Assembly (NCBI RefSeq): GCF_001194135.2
Contig: NC_068987.1
Coordinates: 41,180,581-41,216,675 of the forward strand
Direction of reading: 5' to 3'
Source: Octopus bimaculoides
Taxonomy: Eukaryota
DNA length: 36,095 bases
Position numbers and translations under genes: made by a program. Under the pieces are notes generated by a model, which worked only from the letters and a program-made list of their open reading frames with translations, was not told the origin of the DNA and searched no databases. Position 1 is the first letter of the stretch; each line of letters begins with the position of its first letter. Shown in pieces: positions 24,233 to 36,095 of the stretch.

Positions 24233-24522
24233 NNNNNNNNNNTAGGATGGCAATTTCTGATGAAGCAATTGCTGGTGATCTGTTGCTACACAGTTCTGCC
24301 AGAATTGTATCAGATTGGGCAGTAGATGTTGATGCACCATTTTGCATTATGTTCAAAGTAGTTTCTGGAATGTGTTGAATTGATGTAGTTTGTTGCTGTC
24401 TTTTTAAACCGGTTGCTTTCTTTCCCCAGCAAGTTGTCTTGTTTGGAGGCATAATCTATGTACATATTAAACAGAACAACAAAAGTTATAACAGTTGGCA
24501 GGATCGGTAGTTTTCACATTTC

Positions 24523-24706
24523 AGTAATTTTTCAGATTAACACCCGCACAATAACGTAACCATAATCCTTAAACCCTAAAACCGTAACGATAACACTAAT
24601 CCTCATTGTAACCCTAACCCTAACCCTAAAACCCTAACCCTGACCCAAAAACCGTAACCCTAACACCCTAGTGAAAATCGTGCGGGTGTTAATCTGAAAA
24701 ATTACC
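24523..24706. mobile_element. MITE family B, copy 1, with internal telomere-like hexamers
   Basis: 26-bp perfect TIR GTAATTTTTCAGATTAACACCCGCAC (24524-24549 / 24680-24705), TSD CACATTTC/CACATTTG (7 of 8), internal TAACCC/TAACCG-like array. Confidence 0.85.
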
Positions 24707-25663
24707 CACATTTGTAATGAAGTTCACTGATTTGCAATGTGTTGTCCATAAGCTCCGTAGTTTGTATATTTACAAAACATTGACGAACATGAGTTATCTT
24801 GTAGTGAATGTTTGTGTGTACGTACGCGTGTATGCGTTTCAGAGAGNNNNNNNNNNNNNNNNNNNNNNNNNNNNNNNNNNNNNNNNNNNNNNNNNNNNNN
24901 NNNNNNNNNNNNNNNNNNNNNNNNNNNNNNNNNNNNNNNNNNNNNNNNNNNNNNNNNNNNNNNNNNNNNNNNNNNNNNNNNNNNNNNNNNNNNNNNNNNN
25001 NNNNNNNNNNNNNNNNNNNNNNNNNNNNNNNNNNNNNNNNNNNNNNNNNNNNNNNNNNNNNNNNNNNNNNNNNNNNNNNNNNNNNNNNNNNNNNNNNNNN
25101 NNNNNNNNNNNNNNNNNNNNNNNNNNNNNNNNNNNNNNNNNNNNNNNNNNNNNNNNNNNNNNNNNNNNNNNNNNNNNNNNNNNNNNNNNNNNNNNNNNNN
25201 NNNNNNNNNNNNNNNNNNNNNNNNNNNNNNNNNNNNNNNNNNNNNNNNNNNNNNNNNNNNNNNNNNNNNNNNNNNNNNNNNNNNNNNNNNNNNNNNNNNN
25301 NNNNNNNNNNNNATATGTTAGAGGTAGAGGGATAGAAGAAAGTTATTAAATGGGAGAGAGGAAGAAGAACGAAGTAAGAGTGAAAAGGTAGAAGGAAAGA
25401 ATAGTCTTAAAGCAAGTTAATCTATGACTTTGTATGTATCACTTTCTCTCTCTCTCTCTCTTACTCTTACTCTGTATATTACATATTAAGTGCGTGATCG
25501 ATGTGTAAGAACGCCAGTACAGGTAGAAGGGAAGAAATATGAAAGTTGCTAGAAACAACAGCCAAATCTCCTTTAAATCACACAAAGTAAACGGAATTTT
25601 AAAAATTTAATTACTGCACTGGAAAGTTCACATCAAGAAAATTCCATTGGTGTAAAAATTCGA

Positions 25664-26715
25664 ACGCAAAAGTGGAAAATGTGGATTTCTATAAACTTTT
25701 AAAAAGGCTTCACACAGATACAGAACTTCAGCATTATATATTAAGATGGGCAACACACACGCACACACTAAATAAAAAAGAATGATAGGTATTTGTATGT
25801 ATGTGTGTATTAATGTGTATTCTGTGTGCATGTATATATATATGGTTGTAAGTAAATGCGTTTTAAGAAAGATATTAAGAAAATTCAGTTTGTAAGGAAT
25901 AAATGTTTGACTGTCGATCGTATTTGGAAGAGACTGACAGGTATTTGTATGTATGTGTTTTTTTGTATGTATGTGTGTATTTGTACGTATGTATGTATGA
26001 GTGTGNNNNNNNNNNNNNNNNNNNNNNNNNNNNNNNNNNNNNNNNNNNNNNNNNNNNNNNNNNNNNNNNNNNNNNNNNNNNNNNNNNNNNNNNNNNNNNN
26101 NNNNNNNNNGGCAACACACACACACACACTAAATAAAAAAAATTTTAGTAAGTAAAAGTGTTTTAAAAAAGATTGTTAAATTTTCAGATTAACACCGGCA
26201 CGATTTTCACTACAGTGTTAGGGTTAGGACGTAAAAGTGGAAAATGTGGATTTCTATAAACTTTTAAAAAGGCTTCACACAGATACAGAACTTCAGCATT
26301 ATATATTAAGATGGGCAACACACACACACACACACTAAATAAAAAAGAATGATAGGTATTTGTATGTATGTGTGTATTAATGTGCATTCTATGTGTATAT
26401 ATATATATGGTCGTAATAATAATGACCTCTGCCGATGAAAGTCCCAAACCACAACTAAGTCTTAAGTATATATATATATGGCCAACACACACACACACTA
26501 AATAAAAAAATGTTAGTAAGTAAAAGTGTTTTAAAAAAGATTGTTAAATTTTCAGATTAACACCCGCACGATTTTCACTACAATGTTCGAGTTGGGGTTT
26601 TAGGGTTAGGTAGGTAATCGTGCGGGTGTTAATCTCAAGATTTACGAAAAGATCTTCCAAAAAACTCACAGTTTGTAGGGAATGAATGTTTGTCGATCGT
26701 ATTTGAAAAAGATGT
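25664..26715 (+). repeat. Patchwork of local direct duplications
   Basis: Block A 25664-25845 / 26230-26410; block B 26111-26214 / 26483-26582; block C 25888-25935 / 26670-26712. Confidence 0.8.
26543..26646. mobile_element. MITE family B, copy 2 (shorter, opposite orientation)
   Basis: Diverged 27-bp TIRs, TSD AAAAGATT/AAAAGATC (7 of 8), TTAGGGTTAGG inside; a partial duplicate with its flank lies at 26175-26228. Confidence 0.8.
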
Positions 26716-27569
26716 GTGACTATTTTTTTTCTGTTGTTATCATAGTGAAGGACGAGTTAGAAATAACTTACAATTCCTGCCAATTAGAATGAGGTATATA
26801 CATACATATGTAGTATTAAAATGAAACGATTAAAGTGAAACTGTCATTACAGTATTGAAATGTGATTGTTTCAGTTTTGATACTGAAATGGTTTTCTGTT
26901 ACTGTCAGTGTTTCTCCTTCCTTTCTTTTTGTATTTGTTGTTGGATTGTTCGTAAAGGTTCATAAGAGAAAGTAGGAGTTGAAAGGATTTGTATTAGAAA
27001 GAGGAAATTAGATTTTATTAGGGAGAAAATGTTTACTTGTGTAGTTTTATGGATATTATTCGTTATAACGAATTTTTCCGAGTGAAAAAATGACAGTGAC
27101 CTAACAAATTGTATTTAGAATATTAATTGCGATTCTTTAATCCAAGAAATTTGGAATTGTGTAAAAGTATGAATTTCAAACATACACACACACACACAGA
27201 AAATCTNNNNNNNNNNNNNNNNNNNNNNNNNNNNNNNNNNNNNNNNNNNNNNNNNNNNNNNNNNNNNNNNNNNNNNNNNNNNNNNNNNNNNNNNNNNNNN
27301 NNNNNNNNNNNNNNNNNNNNNNNNNNNNNNNNNNNNNNNNNNNNNNNNNNNNNNNNNNNNNNNNNNNNNNNNNNNNNNNNNACACACATATATGTATGTA
27401 CTGTTGGCAACTTTTTTTTTCCTTCTGTGGACTTTCCCCTTTCTCCTATCCAATGAAGAGTACAGTTGAAATATCAAAAATTCTCTCTTTTTACTGAGCA
27501 TCAAACTAATACATTCCTTGAGCATGTCCTCTTGTCTTTTATTGTTAATTTTATTGTTCATTTATTTGA

Positions 27570-28070
27570 ATTGACTATGTGTGTGTGTGTATGTCTGTAT
27601 GTATGTAGAAATGAATGCATGTGTGTATGTATGTTGAAATGTCTGGGTGTGTGTGTGTGTGTACTATGAGTGTATGCTAAGAATATGTTGAATATTTTGG
27701 GAGCATATTTATGGCACCATTTGATCCTAAACTGACTGACTGACAAAATAAAACACACCCTAAAATTTATTTTATTTTATCGTACTTTAACTATTTTTTT
27801 GCATATATATTTGCATGTGTCTATGTACGTGTGTGTGTGTCTGTCTATGGGGGTATAATTATGTTCATATGAATGTGTGTACATGCATGTGCATGTGTGT
27901 GTGTGTGTGTGCAAGTGTATGTGTGTTTTTGCACGTACAAGCTAGTGTGAGTGAGTGTGTGTGTGTACACATGCGTGTGAGTGTGTGTGTGTGCACGCAC
28001 ATGCAAGTGGTGTGGGTGATTGTATGTGTGTGTTTGTATGTGTGTGTTTGTATGTGTGTAAATTTAACTG
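27570..28070. repeat. Degenerate (TG)n microsatellite region
   Basis: Visible TG/TATG runs. Confidence 0.85.
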
Positions 28071-28166
28071 AGAAACTCAAAACAGAGTTACAATTTGTAA
28101 ACACCTAATGCTTTATAAACATCTACTGAAAAAGAAGTACTCTAAAATATTAGAGAAGTAATATTT

Positions 28167-29145
28167 AGGTTATTTGTTATGGCCAGTCAAAGACTGACAA
28201 TTGGTTTTGCATTTATAAGGCACTTAAATGTATAGGTAACTCATCAGCCTCAAATGGCCAGAAGCACATATAACCTCTCTACAACTGGAGGGAGGAAAAT
28301 GTTTTGGTCATTTAATTTTGTAAAGAAAAGTTCCAAAACAAAACTCTACTAGAGAAACCTTGGGCAAGGTGAAGTTATCACCCCTAGACTAGTACTGGTT
28401 ATGTCTGTGGTGGACCTGCTGAAAATGTCCAAGGCTGGTAGCATTTTCTTAGTCGGTAAATGGTGAATTTCATGTTTCCAACATGAATTTCCTCTGATGA
28501 GGGTGCTGACTAAACACCTCTATTTTGGAGTTTAAAAAGGACCCTAAGTTGGGTGAGTTTTTCAGGAAAGAGCAAGAATCCTGAAAAACTCACTTGACCC
28601 AGGGTCCTTTTTAAACTGCAAAATAGATGTTTAGTCAGTGCCTTCATCATAGGAAATTTGTGTTGGAAACATGAAATTCACCATTTGCTGACTAAGGAAA
28701 TGCTACCAGCCTCAAACGCCTTCAGTCAGCCTATCAGAGATATTACTCGTACTGGTCTAGAGGTGATAATTCTGCATAACCAAAGGCTTTAGCAGTAGAG
28801 TTTCATTCCAGAATTTTTTTTTTACAAAAATAACTGACCATGATATTTTCCTCCCTCCAGTTANNNNNNNNNNNNNNNNNNNNNNNNNNNNNNNNNNNNN
28901 NNNNNNNNNNNNNNNNNNNNNNNNNNNNNNNNNNNNNNNNNNNNNNNNNNNNNNNNNNNNNNNNNNNNNNNNNNNNNGAATTTTTTTTTTACAAAAATAA
29001 CTGACCATGATATTTTCCTCCCTCCAGTTATAGAGAGAGGTTTTGTACCTCTGGCCACTTGAGTCAGATGAGCTGCCTATACAACTAAGGGCCTTATAGG
29101 TTCAAAACCAATGGTCACTCTCTGACCAGCCATAACAAACAACCT
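28167..29145. mobile_element. Foldback/MITE-like element with ~400-bp inverted arms and an 11-nt loop
   Basis: Centre GTGAGTTTTTCAGGA-aagagcaagaa-TCCTGAAAAACTCAC (loop 28568-28578). Complementarity can be followed out to AGGTT (28167) / AACCT (29145). The right arm contains an N gap with a duplicated overlap. Confidence 0.85.
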
Positions 29146-29167
29146 TCTATATATGTGTGTGTGTATA

Positions 29168-29590
29168 CACAAGGTGCATTCCAGAAGTTTTGAAAGGTCT
29201 TTCAGGAGCAGCAATTATAACTGTCCTGGATTATTGTAATTTTGGTATAATATTACTATACATCTAATAAGCTAACCTGCCAACTTTTGTTATTCCAGAT
29301 GGAAGGAGATGGCTGTAACATACTACTAAACATTACTTGCCACAGCTGACTAGCTTGCAGAATGCAGTCAGGGCACAAAAACAATTTGGAAGCTCACTAT
29401 ACAATAAAGTTTTGTGTTAGACTTAGCAAAAACGCTATAGAAACTAATGAAATGCTCCAGACTGCTTATAGATCAATTTGTATGAACCAAACATCTGTTT
29501 TCCATTGGTACAAAGTAAGTCCACTACTAAGCACATGATGATCCCTTTTTTCAACAGCACAGGCATCATCTACTTCCACTGGATTTCCTC
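29168..29590 (+). mobile_element. Internally deleted mariner fragment
   Basis: IKFCVRLSKNAIETNEMLQTAY...VFHWYK joined directly to SKSTTKHMMIPFFNSTGII. Confidence 0.75.
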
Positions 29591-29847
29591 TGATCTAGCA
29601 GTTCCAGAGGCTGTAGCAGGCAGTTCTTGTCAGTCAACGATATAGTTACTAGTACTTTTGTGCACCACAAGTCCGTATGAGAAATCCTCTCAAGGTAAAT
29701 AACACAGTATTCTGTGTTCTAACACAACCTCTACATTAAGTTGGAGATCAAAATTGCCTTTTGGTATTAATACTGCTTCTGTTGCTATTAATTTTTTTTT
29801 TTAATAAGCCCACTATTTGTGGCACAAATACCTGAATAGACACTGAT

Positions 29848-29900
<53 letters not shown>

Positions 29901-30914
29901 TTGATGGGAGATTCAGCTGTATGTTATGTTGTTGCTGGACATGTGTCACTGAGGAGCCTAGAGCAGGGCAAAATCATGAGAGCTGACATTTCAGGCAGCT
30001 GTAGCAGACAGTTCTCATCTGTCAATGATATACACATGTGCATACATACATATATAGTAAAAGTTGAAGACTGAAGCTTATGATATTACTTTTATTTATT
30101 TCATGATTGACAACAGTTTCAGCTGTGAAATAAAAGAATACCATTAACTCAAATCTTCAATTCTTTCAACAACTGCATGCTGATTATTCTCAAGTAATGT
30201 TTATAGACATGTTTAGCAATAATGGTCTAGTTGTGCATGCTATATAAAGTATATTACATATAACCACCCAAAGAATTGCTTCATCAGAACACTATAAAAA
30301 CAATACACTGAAATAACCAGTTACCTCACTGAAACATGAAACATTTAGCATTAATCAGAATGGGCAGGGTTAAAATTTAGAACTTTATCAAGAAAAGAAA
30401 AAGAAAGAAAGAAAAAGAAAATAACAAAGGAAACACATTGTTTGTTTTTGTTGATGCCTAAAGATAGAATTGAATGCCTAGCAGACCTCATGCTTTGTCA
30501 GTCTGCCAGATGGAGACTTGGTCAGAGTAGATCAAGACTATACAGTGATATCATGTTACTTTCCAGTCATCTTTGTGGCATTTTGCTTTTTATACAGGGT
30601 TTTAATGATAACTATGTAACAGACTTTACATAAGCATGTATGATTAGATCATTATTAAAAGATACGTCTAAAATATAATGTCTATAAATGTAATAGTCAC
30701 TATAAAATTGTTGAAATAATTGTCAAATATAGAAAAAACGTAATATCATTAAACTTCAATCTTCAGTTTTTATTATTCATACTCTATGTTGGAAATGGTA
30801 CTTGCAAATTTTCTGTTTATTCAAAATAAAAGTTTTCTAGAGGGATATTCTCCTTTTGCAATTTTCAGCTAGCTGCTGTAAATGCATAAATTATCTTATT
30901 CCTACTGATTCACT

Positions 30915-30946
<32 letters not shown>

Positions 30947-30994
30947 CAGGTGTGTGTGTGTATGCCTGAAAATGATGATAATTATACTGATTCA

Positions 30995-31440
30995 TCATTA
31001 TCATTTAACATTTGTTTTGCATGGTAACATGGGTGGGATGGTTTGACAGAATCCAAGTTGCAAGGCCACATCAAGCTCTAATGTCAGCTTTTGGCATAGT
31101 TCCTATAGTAAGATGCCCTTCCTAATGCCAACTACTTTATAGAATGTACATTTTTTGTGCCACCAGCACAAGTGAGGTCATCACATAAACTTGCAAGACA
31201 AGAAAAGAACAAGAAGAAAAAGAAAAGGTTCCCACCACTCAGAGTATTTGAAAGGCGAAGGTGGAGATAGGTGGCTTTATACCAAATGTTGAAAGGCTGA
31301 AATGTGATAAAAGAATAAACACAAGTATCTTGCTGCAGAGGAGATGCATGACTGAAAGTGATAAAAGGAAAGTAGTGATGGGGTGCTAGAGCAAACTCTC
31401 AAAGTACAAGAAGGGAGCATGAGAGAGGATACAGACAATG
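30995..31440 (-). mobile_element. RTE-tail-type repeat
   Basis: CATCATTATCATTTAAC tail and GATGCCCTTCCTAATGCCAAC, as at 15695-15850. Confidence 0.7.
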
Positions 31441-32519
31441 GGTCAAAGGAGTTGATGAGAGAGTGGATACTTTCATAAGATGGAGAGGGGAGAGTAACTG
31501 ATGGTTAAAGATAAGGATAGAGTTAAATATAGTGAGTGATGAACAAGAGTGAAGGTATGGTTGAAGAAAAATACCAGTATGGAGAGGGTAAGGTGAGAGA
31601 TATAGGAATTGCTCTAGAAAGGGAATAGATCAAGCAGTGGAATGATGTGCAAGATTTAGAAGCAATGGAGAGGGGGTTGATGCAGAAGAACATAGGAGTC
31701 TGTAGCAAGTGAGACACAATGATATGTATAAGAGGGTATTGAGAACAATAGTAGATAAAAGAGATGTTAAGAATGAAGTATAGTGGAGGAGTGAAAAGGA
31801 TGAAAGCCCAGCAAGCATGTGATTGGTAGAAATGGAGTGGGCAGAAATGATAATGAAAAATGGAAGTGGTTCCCTGGGGAGGTGCTGGGGCATAACCACC
31901 AGAAGGAAGTGACATGTGTGGATTCTACTGTCACTCAGTTGATTATAGCAGTTAAGTTGTACTACAGATAGAGGAGCAATAATTGTTTGGGAATAAGAAT
32001 TGGGAGAAATGCTTGATGAAGCAAAGAGAGGGGAGTGGGGGAAGAGCCCTGCACATACAAGCATACCAGGTGATTTTAGGATGTCAATTTTTGCTTGGGT
32101 GGATAGGTTTTCTCAAACATAGTACATTACCAATTATCTTAGTCCTCTGTAAGGCTCAGCATCATGAGATTATAGGCAGCAAATTATTATAGGATGATTT
32201 ATTGGCAAAAACAATCTCACAGTCCAGCTGTTCACATTCTGAATTCAAATCCTACCAAAATCAGTTTGCTTTTCATCCTCCCAGAGTTCATAAATTAAAC
32301 TACTAGTTATGTACTGGAATTGGTCAACTGCTGGTCTGTAAGAATAAAGTGACACACTAACCGAAGTACACATCTTTCACATCACTATTCTCTAGCTCCA
32401 TTACCCTGCACTACAACCAACACAACACACACACACACACATTCTATTATTCATTCACACATACAAAACTGTTCTCTCTAGAAGTAGGTCTCAATAAAAG
32501 GATTAATGTAAAAAAATTA

Positions 32520-32660
32520 TAGACACACACACACACACACACACACATAACCCCCATATGTGTGTGTATGTGTATGTATGTATGTATGTATGTATGTGAG
32601 TGTATGTATGTATGTATGTATGTATGTATGTATGTGTGTGTGTATATATATATACATACA
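32520..32660. repeat. (CA)n / (TATG)n microsatellite
   Basis: Visible tandem runs. Confidence 0.9.
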
Positions 32661-32730
32661 CACATGTATATCTTTAAGACTTTTATTTTGTCTGTTCAGG
32701 CTACTGAATGTTAAGACATGTTTTAATCTA

Positions 32731-32931
<201 letters not shown>

Positions 32932-33186
32932 TTACAACAAAATATAATATAAATTAAGTACATCATTTGTGTATGTGTATATATGCATATTCTATGTATA
33001 TATATGCATATTCAAAAACTTGTACATTATATTCATCACTGTATTTTAAGCCAACTCTCAGTTTACTGACAGTATCACTGTATATGGCTTGAACAGCTTT
33101 AACAAGCCACTCCTCTACTCCTACCTTAGATACCACCAAATAAGAGAGCCTAGAACCCTGTTGAAAGCTTTCTCCACATCAACGAC

Positions 33187-33235
<49 letters not shown>

Positions 33236-33289
33236 TACATATATATACATATATATATGTGTGTGTGTGTGTATGTGTGTGTATATATG

Positions 33290-33635
33290 TAAGCGCAGGA
33301 GTGGCTGTGTGGTAAGTAGCTTGCTTACCAACCATATGGTTCCGGGTTCGGTCCCACTGCATGGCACCTTGGGTAAGTGTGTTCTACAATAGCCTTGTGA
33401 GTGGATTTGGTAAATGGAAACTGAAAGAAGCCTGTTGTGTGTGTGTTTGTTCCCCCACCATCGCTTGACAACTGATGCTGGTGTGTTTATGTCTCCATAC
33501 CTTAGCGGTTCGGCAAAAAAGAACAACAGAATAAGTACTTGGCTTACAAAGAATAAGTCCTGGGGTTGATTTGTTTGACTAAAGGCAGTGCTCCAGCATG
33601 GCCACAGTCAAATGACTGAAACAAATAAAAGAATA
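33290..33635 (+). mobile_element. tRNA-derived SINE, relatively complete
   Basis: GGAGTGGCTGTGTGGTAAG (A box), GGTTCGGTCCC (B box), GGCACCTTGGGTAAGTG and GGATTTGGTAAATGGAAACTGAAAGAAGCC core, A-rich tail. Confidence 0.8.
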
Positions 33636-33957
33636 TAAACATACATATGTATATANNNNNNNNNNNNNNNNNNNNNNNNNNNNNNNNNNNNNNNNNNNNN
33701 NNNNNNNNNNNNNNNNNNNNNNNNNNNNNNNNNNNNNNNNNNNNNNNNNNNNNNNNNNNNNNNNNNNNNNNNNNNNNNNNNNNNNNNNNNNNNNNNNNNN
33801 NNNNNNNNNNNNNNNNNNNNNNNNNNNNNNNNNNNNNNNNNNNNNNNNNNNNNNNNNNNNNNNNNNNNNNNNNNNNNNNNNNNNNNNNNNNNNNNNNNNN
33901 NNNNNNNNNNNNNNNNNNNNNNNNNNNNNNNNNNNNNNNNNNNNNNNNNNNNNNNNN

Positions 33958-35856
33958 TACTGGCAACGGCCACGCTCAAATGGTGTATTTTATGTGCCAC
34001 CCGCACAAGAGCCAGTCCAGAGGCACTGGCAACGATCTCGCTCGAAAGTCCTTACACATGCCATGGGCACAAGTGCCAGAAAGGCGACGCTGGGCACAGG
34101 TGCCATCTCGATTTCGCTTTTGCTTGTCCCAATAAGTCTTCGCAAGCTGAGTTTCGTGTCCAATGAAGGAGACGACGTTGGCATGGGTGCCAGTCGTCGA
34201 ATTTAGTTCGGTTTCGATTTCACTAGCCTCAACTACCTCTAGTTTTTCCCCCTGGAATGAGATAGAAGTTTGTTTCCTGTTTGTTTACAGTGTTTATTGC
34301 ATCTGAATATCTGCCACATACAAAAACTAACTTCCTAGTTAACCTGCCTTTGATATTGCTGCACCTCTTATGTGTCCATAGCTTGCACTGGGTACATCTT
34401 ATCGAGTTACTACCTACACCTTTTCTATATATTGAGCAGGGCCATCTACCTGAAGGAGTTTGTGTTTTATCTACCTTCTTACTTATTAGGACTTTGGTTT
34501 TAGCTAGGTTGACTCTAAGGCCTTTCGATTCTAGTCCCTGATTCCAAACCTGAAACTTCTCCTCTAGTTCTGATAGTGACTCAGCAATTAGTGCAAGGTC
34601 ATCAGCATAGAGGAGCTCCCAGGGGCATCCTGACTTGAATTCCTCTGTTATCGCCTGGAGGACTATGATAAATAGAAGGGGGATGAGGACAGAGCCTTGG
34701 TGGACCCCTACCTCTACCCAGAATTCATTACTGTTCTCATTTCCAACCCTCACCTTAGTGACAGCATCTCTGTACATGGCTTGCACAGCTCTCACTAACC
34801 ATTCTTCTATCCCAAGTTTCCTCATTGACCACCAGATAAGGGATCGGGGGACCCTGTCAAAGGCTTTCTCCATGTCAACGAAAGCCAGGTAGAGAGGTTT
34901 ATCCATGGCTAAGTATTTCTCCTGCAGCTGTCTTACCAGAAATATAGCATCGGTGGTGCTTTTCCCTGGCATGAACCCAAACTGCATCTCATCTAATCTG
35001 ACTTGCTCCCTAATTAGTTGGGCTATGACCCTCTCCGTGACTTTCATTACCTGATCTAACAACTTGATGCCTCTGTAATTATTTGTGTCTAAAGCGTCAC
35101 CTTTACCTTTGTAGCAGTTGACTATGGTGCTGCTACACCAATCATTGGGTATGACTCCTTCATGAATCACCTGGTTAACAATACGGGTGACTAGGCTATA
35201 GCCAACACTACCTGATATTTTGAGCATCTCTGCAGTGATACCTGATGGGCCAGGGGTTTTCCCTGTCTTCATACTCTTAATTGCTTTATCTACAATGGTA
35301 CTGTCAATTCGGATAGCTGGCTCTCTTTTTCCCATTCATTCTCTTTATTGAGCAATCTTTTGTAGTGGCGGCTCCAAACTTCTTTCTTTGCAGCCTCATT
35401 CAGTTCAAGTGTACCATCATCCATGCGAACACATTTGTTTTCCACAACATCACTATTCTCTCTCACACACTGTATTGCAACAGGAAATACTTCAAGTCTT
35501 TGGTCCTCACGGCACAGAACATTGGTAAACTTTTTCTTATCTGCTTCCCCTCTGGCTAGATAAACCTGTCTCCTAGCTTCCCTTCTTGCAGTCTGATACA
35601 ATTCCCTGCTCTCTCCGTTCTTCCAGTCCTTCCAAGCCTGTTTCTTTTGTCTAATAGCCCTGTCAACCACCTTGTTCCACCACCATGTTACTTTGGGTCG
35701 GGAGGGGACTTTACACCAGCCACAAATCTGATCAGTGGCTCTCAACAAGTTGTCTCGTAGAAACTTCCAGTTGTCTTCCATGTTATATGATGCTATATCC
35801 CCTTCTATTTCGTCAAATGCTTCGAGTAGTATGTCCCTAAATCTCTGTCCATATGC
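33958..35856 (-). mobile_element. 5'-truncated RTE LINE with an uninterrupted 368-aa RT-containing ORF (34229-35335)
   Basis: NYRGIKLL, FGFMPGKSTTDAI, FVDMEKAFD, GVHQGSVL, LYADD and a Cys-rich C-terminus. A small deletion near 35330 frameshifts it from the upstream ORF 35290-35781. Confidence 0.95.
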
Positions 35857-36095
35857 AGGATCTTTTCCGCTGACATACTACGACGAAGTCTCCAAGATGC
35901 AGATAAGATAGAGATTTTTATTTATTTACGGCCTCAAACATCTCATACCTTCGCGCTTTAGTCTGCCCTCTATTATTTATCTTGTTTCTCTCCATGAAAT
36001 TCAATTGAATTCAGTTTTTGTCTTAAATTCATACTTATTCATTTTCTAAGCTTCCTAAATTCATGCTACATATATATTCTATTCACCTAGATTTC

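Noticed and set aside
26766-26778. Minus-strand CAG|GAATT|GTAAGT 5-nt microexon or recursive-site pattern
   Set aside because: Weak pyrimidine tract and frameshifting length; expected by chance in 30 kb.
28810-29030. 53-bp exact direct repeat on both sides of the N gap
   Set aside because: Typical unmerged contig overlap; the left foldback arm has only one copy.
30276-30290. 15-mer ATTGCTTCATCAGAA also present inverted near 24256-24270
   Set aside because: A single 15-mer match is expected by chance in a window this size.
30480-30620. Plus-strand frame TSCFVSLPDGDLVRVDQDYTVISCYFPVIFVAFCFLY
   Set aside because: Looks protein-like, but I cannot assign it, it has no convincing donor, and it is antisense to MOSPD1.
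31450-32100. Purine-rich stretch that may be a very old LINE remnant
   Set aside because: No diagnostic motif could be read with confidence.

Overview
Eukaryotic, AT-rich, microsatellite-rich draft-assembly DNA with about ten N gaps. The repeat content suggests an octopus/coleoid genome (inference). The only host gene I can support is a MOSPD1-like gene (MSP domain) on the minus strand, which the ORF track misses. It has two coding exons, 32766-32925 (ATG at 32907) and 2464-2539, joined by an intron of about 30.2 kb. Most of the rest is transposon debris: several RTE LINE copies, a REL-endonuclease (R4/Dong-like) LINE interrupted by a Gypsy element and an unexplained 0.5-kb insert, three mariner remnants (one split by an RTE), a decayed hAT/Buster transposase and tRNA-derived SINEs. 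Less routine items are two unrelated MITE families with 8-bp TSDs that both carry telomere-like (TAACCC/TAACCG)n arrays, a foldback with ~400-bp arms, an intact -1 frameshift cassette in the Gypsy element, a decayed hammerhead-like motif, and several long local duplications. All alignments and identities were done by eye.
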